Of a DNA stretch of 18,787 nt, positions 1 to 8,194 are shown piece by piece. Every line of letters begins with the position of its first letter. Position 1 is the stretch's first letter. The DNA comes from Candidatus Hydrogenedentota bacterium (GTDB taxonomy: Bacteria > Hydrogenedentota > Hydrogenedentia > Hydrogenedentales > SLHB01). The translations under genes were made by a program, and so were the position numbers. The notes beneath the pieces were generated by a model. It worked only from the letters and a program-made list of their open reading frames with translations. It was not told the origin of the DNA and searched no databases. Where the stretch lies: the NCBI GenBank assembly GCA_045863335.1, contig BTVY01000003.1, positions 204,120 to 222,906 of the forward strand, given 5' to 3'.

Positions 1-104
1 GAGGCTGGAGAATCCCACACCGATCTGCACGGACCTCCACGGACGGACACGGACCGGGACCGCCGCGTAATCCGTCATCCTCGCGGACGCGGGGATCCAT
101 CTTC
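1..104 (+). repeat. Composite repeat, truncated at window edge: GAGGCTGGAG + ~10-bp-period CACGGAC units + CGTC-tagged palindromic repeat (72-104)
   Basis: 72-104 = ccgtcatcctcgcggacgcggggatccatcttc. Same module order as 629-740 (+) and 6683-6778 (-). Confidence 0.85.
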
Positions 105-172
105 TCCTGCTTCGCGCCATGAGCTGTCCTCGTTCCGATCCACACGTCATGCAAGCGCGCGGGCTGGGAAGG

Positions 173-427
173 TTACGGATTGTCATGCCTGTCGATCGCG
201 GCTCGCACTGACTCAGGGGCATCTTTGAAGTAGTGCGGGTGCGTTTTGCGGAGGTCATCCAGCTCCCTGGCGTCAAGGAGTGCGACCTCGTAATCAGCGC
301 CCTCATACTGCAACGCCAATTCGAGCGCCGCTCTGGATTTCTCGGCTTTGCGACGTTGCGCATCTTCGAATTCTTGGATGCGGATGACGGTGCCGTGATG
401 CGTGTCGTATTGGATAAGAAAGAGCAT
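173..427 (-). CDS. Small hypothetical protein (84 aa), paralog of 873-1154; resembles the CapRel/ATphRel-type antitoxin domain
   Basis: Gapless alignment with 873-1154 gives 25/67 identities. Motifs FLIxY...G.V....F.D and EVxLL......LRxTxxxYF. GAGGT lies upstream of the ATG. Family call is from recalled motif similarity. Confidence 0.75.
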   Translation of the reverse strand: MLFLIQYDTHHGTVIRIQEFEDAQRRKAEKSRAALELALQYEGADYEVALLDARELDDLRKTHPHYFKDAPESVRAAIDRHDNP

Positions 428-525
428 GTTATTGACCTCAGGCTGCCACCGTTTTCAAGAATATTACCTGCAAAGAGCGCAAAGAACACAGCGCGGCATA
501 GCCGAAACTAAACGAGGAGTAACGT

Positions 526-601
526 GTCCGCAGATGACGCAGATTGTCGCTGATGAACACAAGCGTAAGGTCCACAGATTTCACAGATTGTCACAGATGA
601 A
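526..601 (+). repeat. Two 32-bp blocks, each with three C(A/G)CAGAT-like units
   Basis: 526-557 gtccgcagatgacgcagattgtcgctgatgaa; 570-601 gtccacagatttcacagattgtcacagatgaa. A related 9-bp-period GCAAAGA run lies at 470-491. Confidence 0.8.
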
Positions 602-608
602 GATCAAG

Positions 609-849
609 AAGGCTGGAGACCGGAGGCGGGAGGCTGGAGGATTTCACACCTGCACGGACGGGCACGGCCCGCAAGGGCCGCCCAATCCGTCATCCTCTGT
701 CACCCTCGCGAACGCGGGGGGAACGCGGGGATCCATCTTTCTCTCCAGTCTTCGGACTCCGGTCTCCAGTCTTTCTTCCAATCCGCAATCCGAAATCCGC
801 AGTCCGCAATTCTTCCTCCTCCAGCCTCCGGTCTCCAGGCTCCAGCCTT
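609..849. repeat. Mosaic intergenic element: 33-bp heptamer-built inverted arms enclosing CACGGAC units, a doubled CGTC repeat (687-740) and a TCCGCAA-heptamer block (774-815)
   Basis: 609-641 vs 817-849 match 29/33 as inverted repeats. 774-815 is 41/42 identical to the reverse complement of 6565-6606. Confidence 0.85.
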
Positions 850-872
850 TTACCCTCTGCGTTCCTTCGCAG

Positions 873-1154
873 CTAATTGTCTGCCCTTCGAAGGTTGCGG
901 AACCGGCGCTCGATCTCGCCGTGCAACTTCGCCTGAATTTCCTCGAGGCTGCAGAAGTACCGCATATTCGTCCGCCGCAGGGTCTCTTCGCTCGCCGACT
1001 GCAGGAGGACCACCTCATGGTCGATCCCCCGCTGCATGACGGACTTTTCCAACGCGAATTGCGCGTCCGCAGCCCGTGACCACTCGGCATCGGGGAATCG
1101 GCGCATGCTGACCACCTCACCCTTGCGGCGATTGTATTCGATCAGGAAGAACAT
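873..1154 (-). CDS. Small hypothetical protein (93 aa), paralog of 173-427; CapRel/ATphRel-antitoxin-like
   Basis: MFFLIEYNRRKGEVV...EVVLLQSASEETLRRTNMRYF; colinear with 173-427 without gaps. Confidence 0.8.
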   Translation of the reverse strand: MFFLIEYNRRKGEVVSMRRFPDAEWSRAADAQFALEKSVMQRGIDHEVVLLQSASEETLRRTNMRYFCSLEEIQAKLHGEIERRFRNLRRADN

Positions 1155-1251
1155 GATCTGAACCCAAATGCACGATCGCCGACCGCGACAACATGCACGA
1201 AGTGTTTTCTCAATATGCCACTACGGATACAGCCTTCACACCTGTCACCGG

Positions 1252-2412
1252 TTAGCCGGTGCTCCACTTGCCATCCTTATCGAAATGTGGACTAGCCTCG
1301 ATACCGCAGGCATTCCACACGCTGTCGAAAACCGGTCGAAGCAGTGTCGGAATATCTTCCTCGTAGTCCCAGCATGTTACGTCAGGTAAACGCAAGTAAT
1401 CACGGTCTATGACGGTTGTATTATAGAAATGCGCAGGTTTCGTCGCCATGTGCGCCCCTTTCGCACCGACTATCGCGAAAAATAGATGAATTGGCGGAGC
1501 AATCGATAGCGCGCGAAGACCTTTGAAATAGCGCGAAATGGCCTCCACCTGAATGCGTTCAAAAAAGACACTGGGAATGAATCGCCTGCCGTCGCGATTC
1601 TGAACGATTCCCGCAAGCACGCTTTCGATTCGCCCAGAGCGAAAGAATTGGCAGTAGGCCTGCAGGTCGTCTTGAACCGAATGAGATATACTTCCATCAA
1701 CATTTATTCTTAGCCTTTGACCTCCAATCGCCATAGGTAAGAAATGCTGCTTCAACGCGAAAACTTCCTGTGCCGAGAATGCGTATTCGTCTCCCACGGT
1801 TTGCAGCGGTACAATATGAATTATTAGCCTTTCCGGAATCGAAAGCAGCGCAGGAGTGTCGTCACAGCATATGCGCTCGATACGTTCCGCCTGCCACTTG
1901 TGAATTCTCTCGGCCAACTCCAACTGCTCCATGAACGCTCCGCGTATATCGAAATAGGTCATTTGGTATTTTCCATTGCTGTGCCGTCCATAAAAACGAG
2001 ATGCTTGCTGTAAGGTGATCATATGAGGAGCGAATGAGCTGCGGGGAATCCGCATCACGACAACCGGCCCTTTAGTCCCACCGGATATGCATCGTAACTC
2101 GACCCCGAGTATCGGCGGCTGGAGGTTGTAGTGCAGGATGCTCTCGAGTCTTGTCCTCTCCTTGTCCTCGTCGAAGCCCTCGATCCCCACTAATTCCTTA
2201 GGGGTGCCATCCTGTTCGCGCACGCCGAATAGGATATAGCCTCCAACAGTGTTGGCGAACGAAGACACGTCAGCTAGAAATTCCTTCTTGTCCCGGTCTC
2301 TATCTCCCGGGCAAAGCAGCTTGTACTCAAGTCGACGAGACTCTTTGTACCCATATTGCACGAGATCTTGGATCTCGCGAAGTGTTACGCTCTCAATTGC
2401 CTGGCTTAGCAA
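1252..2412 (-). CDS. Schlafen/AlbA_2 domain-containing protein (~386 aa)
   Basis: N-terminal ESRRLEYK...DVSSFANTVGGYILFGV...VVMRIPRS..PH...FY.R pattern typical of AlbA_2. Start moved from 2526 to TTG at 2412, which follows GGAGA by 6 nt; ATG at 2451 is an alternative. Confidence 0.85.
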   Translation of the reverse strand: MLSQAIESVTLREIQDLVQYGYKESRRLEYKLLCPGDRDRDKKEFLADVSSFANTVGGYILFGVREQDGTPKELVGIEGFDEDKERTRLESILHYNLQPPILGVELRCISGGTKGPVVVMRIPRSSFAPHMITLQQASRFYGRHSNGKYQMTYFDIRGAFMEQLELAERIHKWQAERIERICCDDTPALLSIPERLIIHIVPLQTVGDEYAFSAQEVFALKQHFLPMAIGGQRLRINVDGSISHSVQDDLQAYCQFFRSGRIESVLAGIVQNRDGRRFIPSVFFERIQVEAISRYFKGLRALSIAPPIHLFFAIVGAKGAHMATKPAHFYNTTVIDRDYLRLPDVTCWDYEEDIPTLLRPVFDSVWNACGIEASPHFDKDGKWSTG

Positions 2413-2764
2413 TTTGTTTCTCCAACTTCTCCCAAGCGTTGCCTGCTGCATTTCGTTCGACAGAATGAGCAGACTTGATTGCTTTCCGCAAGAGTGCTCG
2501 CATACCGCAGTACATGCAAGGTGCATTGTATCTGTCTGTTAGCGCCTGCAAGGAACAACCGCAACTCGGCATTGGGCGACATGGAAGTTTACGAATTAGA
2601 TCCGCCTTCTGGCGCAATTGATGGATTGAATCGCAGTCGTTGCCTTTGCATTGGCCTATGACCTCGGATACCTTCGTTGAGACAAAATCGCCTTGAGCGC
2701 CACCTCGGGCTTCCGAACGCGGATGTGTCGGCCGGCGTATTGTTTTTTTTATGGCGTTTTCAGT

Positions 2765-2793
2765 ACTATACGAGCAGTTCTATGCTTTGTCAA
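2765..2793 (-). promoter_or_regulatory. Near-consensus sigma70-type promoter facing the AlbA_2 gene
   Basis: Minus strand TTGACA-17 nt-TATAGT. Confidence 0.65.
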
Positions 2794-2814
2794 TTCGTTG
2801 GAAGGGACTATAAA
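2787..2814 (+). promoter_or_regulatory. Possible divergent sigma70-type promoter for 2892-3260
   Basis: TTGTCA-16 nt-TATAAA; its -35 overlaps the -35 of the minus-strand promoter. Confidence 0.4.
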
Positions 2815-2891
2815 GCGCTCGTCGGGCGATCCAGGGCACGACCGGGATGCACGCACAAAGTTCAATTATAGTTCCCTTGGGAGTGTGGGGA

Positions 2892-3260
2892 ATGAAAGTA
2901 CCGCAAGGCGGCACGCAAATGTGGTGTCCGGAATGCGAGTCAGTGCAAGTCTGCGCGGCAGTTTCGCTCTCACGGCTCGGCTACGAGTCAGGACAGCGGT
3001 GGTACAAGAGCGACCACCCCGACATCAACTGGTTTCGCCGGGGTCGCGTGTGTCAAAACTGTGGCTGTGAGTTCGTGACCGCTGAGTTGAACGAGAACTT
3101 CTTGGAGGAACTTGTCGAATTGCGTGTCGCGCTTACTGATGTCAAGTCAAATGCCGAGCAGTACATTCTGGATTCAGACAAAGCTTCGACGACACTCAAA
3201 CAGCTTTCTCAGTCTTTGAAGATACTGAAATCGCTTAGGCTGTATAAAGATGCAAGGTAG
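2892..3260 (+). CDS. Zn-ribbon protein with C-terminal helical/coiled-coil region (122 aa)
   Basis: CPEC...RRGRVCQNCGCEFVTAE resembles the NrdR N-terminal ribbon, but no ATP-cone is recognisable. ATG at 2892 follows a GGGAG-containing tract. Confidence 0.75.
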   Translation: MKVPQGGTQMWCPECESVQVCAAVSLSRLGYESGQRWYKSDHPDINWFRRGRVCQNCGCEFVTAELNENFLEELVELRVALTDVKSNAEQYILDSDKASTTLKQLSQSLKILKSLRLYKDAR

Positions 3261-3376
3261 CCAGTAGTTTCTGTCCTGGGCAACACACGCCAGGCAATGC
3301 CAGGAAAGGGATCAGACTTGAAGGAGCGATTCGAAACGTTGACGGCCCATCTGGCAGACAAGCGAGGAATCGTTCA

Positions 3377-4312
3377 ATGCGGACCATTCTCATTCTCTTA
3401 GCTACAATCTGCTGCCCAGTAGTGTCATTGAGTGACTCTATTCGATTGGAAGATGGAACCCTCGATGATGTGTACATTTCCGAAAGTGGCACAATGTACA
3501 TTATTTGTTTTCCAGAGGATGGTAGTACGAAGAGCATCTCCAAATCGGCAGTTAATCCCGACCAAGTCATGTTTTCAGATGACCAGAACGAACGTGAGCG
3601 CTTGAAGTCGCGGTGGCTGAAATCCAGAGAAGAGATTGTCGCCGAGAAAGAGCGTCAAGAAGAACTTGAACGACTGCGCCGGGAAAGGCTTGAGAGGCAG
3701 GCTATTGAGCGAGAATCTGCCGATATGCATAAGCGCGAGATCGAGAGGCTCAAGGAGCGTGAGAAAAAAGAGGCAGTGGAAGCTGAGAAACGTAGAGCGG
3801 AAGAAGAGCAGATTTTGGCGACGCAGGCTGAGCAACACGAAAAGGACAAACGGCTAGCCCGCTTGGCCGTTTTCGCGAATCAGCTACCGATCCAACAGGT
3901 ACGGACCGATCAGCGGGCCTTTATCGGGAAGACTTTCTCGTTCTTAGCGGCCGTCGAGGTAAGTTCGTATTATAACTACGGCTGGGCGGATGCCCAGGCT
4001 TCTCACCATGCGTTTCAGTTAACGTGCCTCGGAAGAGACGCGAGAGACATCGGGACGGCATACGTCTATATGAAACGCTCTGAAAAGAGCGAAGCCTTGC
4101 GTCGAGTGGTTCTGAGTAGCTCCGATCCCAACGACACGGTTTTCATTTGTGGGCTTCACTTCCCGGCCAACAGGTTCGAAGATAGCATGGATTTACACGC
4201 TCAATTAGTCGATTACATCAGTTTGGAAGACTTCGAGCGACTCATCAACGAAGTCAAGGAGGATGGAAGTCTCGTTTACCTCGAAGGCGTTATAGATAGA
4301 CTCCGAGAGTAA
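3377..4312 (+). CDS. Exported hypothetical protein with E/R/K-rich coiled coil (311 aa)
   Basis: GAGGA RBS; signal peptide MRTILILLATICCPVVSLS; long charged helical middle; globular C-terminal domain. Confidence 0.8.
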   Translation: MRTILILLATICCPVVSLSDSIRLEDGTLDDVYISESGTMYIICFPEDGSTKSISKSAVNPDQVMFSDDQNERERLKSRWLKSREEIVAEKERQEELERLRRERLERQAIERESADMHKREIERLKEREKKEAVEAEKRRAEEEQILATQAEQHEKDKRLARLAVFANQLPIQQVRTDQRAFIGKTFSFLAAVEVSSYYNYGWADAQASHHAFQLTCLGRDARDIGTAYVYMKRSEKSEALRRVVLSSSDPNDTVFICGLHFPANRFEDSMDLHAQLVDYISLEDFERLINEVKEDGSLVYLEGVIDRLRE

Positions 4313-4511
4313 CCTGGTAGTCGGAGCGTACGAAAGCTTCACTGCTTCATTCTGCAACAATGCGCCGTTCCATTCCCAATCAGAAGCCTGCCGTGAAGTC
4401 AGGAATTTGAGACCGCAGAATCGCTTTGCGTATGCATTCAAGTTGCTGCAAAAAGATGACTTGAGTCAGGGCTGTAAGAAACAGCCTTGATCGTCCTTGA
4501 TTCTGTTGCCT

Positions 4512-4528
4512 TTGGCACACCCCTTGCA
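4512..4528 (+). promoter_or_regulatory. sigma54 (RpoN) -24/-12 promoter upstream of dnaK
   Basis: TTGGCAC-ACCCC-TTGCA with exact GG-N10-GC spacing (GG 4514-4515, GC 4526-4527). Confidence 0.75.
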
Positions 4529-4639
4529 TTTCCCTTTCCCGACGGGCGTGGACTGCCCGTGAAACTACGCAGAAATCCTGTCCGCCGCGCGGCCCCGTTT
4601 AGGCTGCGCTGGTGTGATTGGGAAGGAGGTTTGGTTGAA

Positions 4640-6562
4640 ATGGGTAAGGTAATTGGAATTGACCTGGGCACGACGAATTCGTGTGTGGCGGTCATGGAAG
4701 GCGGGGAGCCGGAGGTGATTGCCAACACGGAGGGCAACCGGACGACGCCGTCGGTGGTGGCGTTCACGAAGGACGGGGAACGGTTGGTGGGGGCCGCGGC
4801 GAAGCGGCAGGCCATCACGAACCCGGCCAACACGGTGTTCTCCATCAAGCGGTTTATGGGCCGTCGCCACGGCGAGGTGTCGGCGGAAGAGAAGCTGGTG
4901 CCGTACAAGGTCACCGGCGCGAAGGACGGCGACTGCCAGATCGAAGTGCAGGGCAAGACGCACCGTCCGCCGGAGATTTCCGCGATGATCCTGCAGAAGA
5001 TGAAGGAGACGGCGGAGTCGTATCTCGGCGAGAAGGTGACGCAGGCGGTCATCACGGTGCCCGCGTATTTCAACGATGCGCAACGCCAGGCGACGAAGGA
5101 CGCGGGGAAGATCGCGGGGCTGGAAGTGCTCCGGATCATCAACGAGCCCACGGCGGCGGCGTTGGCCTACGGGTTGGACAAGAAGAAGAACGAGAAGATC
5201 GCGGTGTACGACCTTGGCGGCGGCACCTTCGACATCTCGATCCTGGCCATCGGCGATGACAGCTTCGAAGTGTTGAGCACCAACGGAGACACACACCTCG
5301 GCGGTGACGACTTCGACCAGCGGATCATCGATTGGCTGGCGGATACCTTCAAGAAAGAGCAGGGCATCGACCTGCGCAAGGATCCGATGGCGCTCCAGCG
5401 CTTGAAGGAAGCGGCCGAGAAGGCCAAGTGCGAACTGTCGAGCAGCATGCAGACCGACGTGAACCTGCCGTTCATCACGGCCGACGCGTCGGGTCCGAAG
5501 CACCTGAACGTGAACCTCACGCGGGCCAAGCTCGAACAGCTCTGCGAAGACCTGCTCCAGCGGACGAAGAATCCGTGCCTGCGCGCGCTGGAAGATGCGG
5601 GCGTGAAAGCGTCGGATGTTGACGAGGTCATTCTCGTCGGTGGTATGACGCGCATGCCGGCGGTCGGTGCCATCGTAAAAGACCTGTTCGGCAAAGAGCC
5701 GCACCGGGGCGTGAACCCGGACGAAGTCGTTGCCGTGGGCGCGGCGATTCAGGCGGGCGTGTTGTCCGGCGATGTGAAAGATGTGCTCCTGCTGGACGTG
5801 ACGCCGTTGTCGCTGGGTATCGAGACCCTCGGCGGTGTGACGACGAAGCTCATCGAGCGGAACACGACGATCCCGGTGACGAAGCGGCAGGTCTTCTCGA
5901 CGGCCGCGGACAACCAGACGGCGGTGACGGTTGTGGTACTCCAGGGTGAGCGTGAGATGGCGCGCGACAACCGCGTGCTGGGACGCTTCAACCTGGAAGG
6001 CATTCCGCCTGCGCCGCGGGGGCTGCCGCAGATCGAGGTCGCCTTCGACATCGACGCGAACGGCATCGTCCACGTGTCCGCGAAGGACCTCGGCACAGGC
6101 AAGGAACAGAAGATCCGCATCGAATCGTCGAGCGGCCTGTCGGAAGCCGACATCGACCGCATGGTGAAGGACGCGGAGTCCCACGCCGAGGAAGACAAGA
6201 AGCGGCGTAAGGAAATCGAGGTGCGCAATAACGCGGACGCGTTGCTCTACAGCACCGAGAAGACCTTGAACGAACACGGCGACAAGGTGAGCGCGGAGGA
6301 CAAGGCGAACATCGAGTCGGCGTTGAACGAGCTGCGCGAAGCGCTGAAGGGCGACGATGTCAGCCGCATCGAATCGGCGACGGAGAAGGTGACGACGGCG
6401 TCGCACAAGCTGGCGGAGGCCATGTATCAGCAGGCCAACGCGCAGCAGGCGCAGCCAGGACCGGAGACGGTTCACGAGCCGCAGGGCGACGCGGGCGCGT
6501 ATGACGCGGACTTCACCGTCGTGGATGACGAGAAGAAGAAGGACGACGGTCACGCGGCGTAG
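4640..6562 (+). CDS. dnaK: Molecular chaperone DnaK (Hsp70), 640 aa
   Basis: [30 protein letters not shown], linker [27 protein letters not shown] at 4623-4630 places the start at ATG 4640. Confidence 0.99.
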   Translation: MGKVIGIDLGTTNSCVAVMEGGEPEVIANTEGNRTTPSVVAFTKDGERLVGAAAKRQAITNPANTVFSIKRFMGRRHGEVSAEEKLVPYKVTGAKDGDCQIEVQGKTHRPPEISAMILQKMKETAESYLGEKVTQAVITVPAYFNDAQRQATKDAGKIAGLEVLRIINEPTAAALAYGLDKKKNEKIAVYDLGGGTFDISILAIGDDSFEVLSTNGDTHLGGDDFDQRIIDWLADTFKKEQGIDLRKDPMALQRLKEAAEKAKCELSSSMQTDVNLPFITADASGPKHLNVNLTRAKLEQLCEDLLQRTKNPCLRALEDAGVKASDVDEVILVGGMTRMPAVGAIVKDLFGKEPHRGVNPDEVVAVGAAIQAGVLSGDVKDVLLLDVTPLSLGIETLGGVTTKLIERNTTIPVTKRQVFSTAADNQTAVTVVVLQGEREMARDNRVLGRFNLEGIPPAPRGLPQIEVAFDIDANGIVHVSAKDLGTGKEQKIRIESSSGLSEADIDRMVKDAESHAEEDKKRRKEIEVRNNADALLYSTEKTLNEHGDKVSAEDKANIESALNELREALKGDDVSRIESATEKVTTASHKLAEAMYQQANAQQAQPGPETVHEPQGDAGAYDADFTVVDDEKKKDDGHAA

Positions 6563-6564
6563 TT

Positions 6565-6803
6565 GAAGAATTGCGGACTGCGGATTTTGGATTGCGGATT
6601 GGAAGAGGGGTCGGAGGCTGGAGGAAGAGCTTCGGTCTCCGGTCTCGCGGAGAACGGACGCAGCGACCGCTCCGTGCGGACTGAAGATGGGTCCCCGCCT
6701 GCGCGGGGATGACGGTTCGGGCGGCAGTTGCGGTCCGTGACAGTCCGTGCAGGTCCGTGTGAATTACTCCGGCCTCCGGACTACAGACTCCAGACTACAG
6801 ACT
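6565..6803. repeat. Mosaic intergenic element between dnaK and dnaJ: TTGCGGA heptamers, CGTC repeat (6683-6715, -), GTCCGTG units, TCCAGAC-type heptamers
   Basis: Same modules in the same order as 609-815 read on the opposite strand. Confidence 0.85.
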
Positions 6804-6826
6804 GAACATCGCGAAAGGTCTCAACC

Positions 6827-8020
6827 ATGGCAACGGTACAACAGAACGATCTCTATGAAATCCTCGGCATTTCCAAGGACGCGCCGCAGGAGGAGATCCG
6901 CCGTGCCTATTTGAAGCTGGCGAAGCAGTATCATCCAGATAAGACGGGCGGTGATAAGGAAGCGGAAGACAAGTTGAAAGAGATCAACGCCGCGTACGAC
7001 ACGCTGAAGAGTCCAGAGAAGCGCAAGAAGTACGACGAGGAGCGCGAGGCCCGCTCCGCTTTTGGCGGTTTTGGTAGCGGCGGATTCTCCGGGAACTACC
7101 AGGACTTCTCCGGCGCGGGCGGATTCGGCGGGTTCGAAGACCTGTTTTCCACCATGTTCGGCCAGGGCGGTGCGCATGCGACGCGTCGTCCTGCCGTTCG
7201 GCCCGGCAACGACCTCGAGATGGCGGTGCAGGTCGACCTCCATGACGTAGCCAACGGCGCGAAGAAGACGTTGCGCTTCAAACGCTGGGATCGCTGCACG
7301 GAATGCAATGGAAGCGGCGCGGAACCCGGCACGCAACCGCAGACCTGTCCCGACTGCCACGGCTCCGGCATGGTGACGCACACCAAAGGCGCGTTCAGCA
7401 TGTCGCGGACCTGTCCGAAGTGTCAGGGGCAAGGCACGTTCATCGGCGTGCCATGCAAAACATGCGCAGGACGTGGCCGTCAAAAGACGGACCGCACGGT
7501 GCAAGTGACGATTCCGCAAGGCGTCGAGACGGGCACGCGGTTACGCGTTCCACGTGAAGGCGAAGCGGGCGATCCCGGCGCGCCGAACGGCGACCTGTAC
7601 GTCCACATCGACGTGCGCAAACATGAACTGTTCGAGCGTGATGGCGCGGACCTGATTTGCGAAGTCCCGATTTCGTTTCCGCAGGCGACGCTCGGTGCGA
7701 CGGTGCTAGTGCCGACGCTCACCGGCAAGGCCAACCTTACCGTGCCCGAAGGCACCCAGTCGGGGGCGATGCTGCGGATGAAGGGGCTTGGATTGCCGCG
7801 ACTTGGCGGCGGCGGCAAGGGCGATCAGTACATCCGCATCAATGTGGAAGTGCCTAAACGCCTGAACGGCGAGCAGCGCGAGATCATCGAGAAACTCTAC
7901 GGCATCGACAATCCCGAAGGCTACCCACAACGCCGGAAGTTCGAAGAACTCGTCAGCCGCTACGCGTCGACCATTCTATGGGCGGCCGGTCTTGGGGCGC
8001 TGGCTACGTGGTTGGCATAG
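6827..8020 (+). CDS. dnaJ: Class A DnaJ co-chaperone with hydrophobic C-terminal extension (397 aa)
   Basis: J-domain HPD, G/F-rich region, four CxxCxGxG repeats (CTECNGSG, CPDCHGSG, CPKCQGQG, CKTCAGRG), C-terminal substrate-binding domains. Confidence 0.97.
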   Translation: MATVQQNDLYEILGISKDAPQEEIRRAYLKLAKQYHPDKTGGDKEAEDKLKEINAAYDTLKSPEKRKKYDEEREARSAFGGFGSGGFSGNYQDFSGAGGFGGFEDLFSTMFGQGGAHATRRPAVRPGNDLEMAVQVDLHDVANGAKKTLRFKRWDRCTECNGSGAEPGTQPQTCPDCHGSGMVTHTKGAFSMSRTCPKCQGQGTFIGVPCKTCAGRGRQKTDRTVQVTIPQGVETGTRLRVPREGEAGDPGAPNGDLYVHIDVRKHELFERDGADLICEVPISFPQATLGATVLVPTLTGKANLTVPEGTQSGAMLRMKGLGLPRLGGGGKGDQYIRINVEVPKRLNGEQREIIEKLYGIDNPEGYPQRRKFEELVSRYASTILWAAGLGALATWLA

Positions 8021-8035
8021 GGATTCAGCCAGAAT

Positions 8036-8187
8036 GGAGGGCGGGTTTTCTAACCCGCCGATACCTGGCACTTGAATTGGGGCGGTCGCTCCGCGAATCG
8101 GAAAGCCCGCGGTGAGCAATCCTGCTATTACGCAGATGCTTTCCCAAACGGATCTGCTTGTGGGGCGGGTTGGAAAACCCGCCCTCC
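8036..8187. repeat. Inverted pair of GGAG-tagged (GTAG-superfamily-like) REPs, REPIN-like, between convergent genes
   Basis: 8036-8059 ggagggcgggttttctaacccgcc and 8164-8187 ggcgggttggaaaacccgccctcc match 23/24 inverted; each copy is itself a hairpin. Confidence 0.85.
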
Positions 8188-8194
8188 TAACTCG

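Noticed and set aside
402-1079. 225-aa (+) ORF and 158-aa (-) ORF 644-1120
   Set aside because: They read through the repeat mosaic (PQSEIRSPQ, PVSRLQP are heptamer translations) and overlap the better-supported 873-1154 gene.
1-1154. Integron cassette array (attC sites) for the two small paralogs
   Set aside because: No convincing RYYYAAC/GTTRRRY-bounded attC structure and no integrase; the spacers are explained by repeat families that also occur between dnaK and dnaJ.
4487-4639. 51-aa N-terminal extension of DnaK
   Set aside because: It covers the promoter; the strong RBS and conserved [10 protein letters not shown] place the start at 4640.
4565-6553. 662-aa antisense ORF over dnaK
   Set aside because: Well-known shadow frame opposite dnaK/hsp70 genes, caused by codon bias in GC-rich DNA; no independent coding signal.
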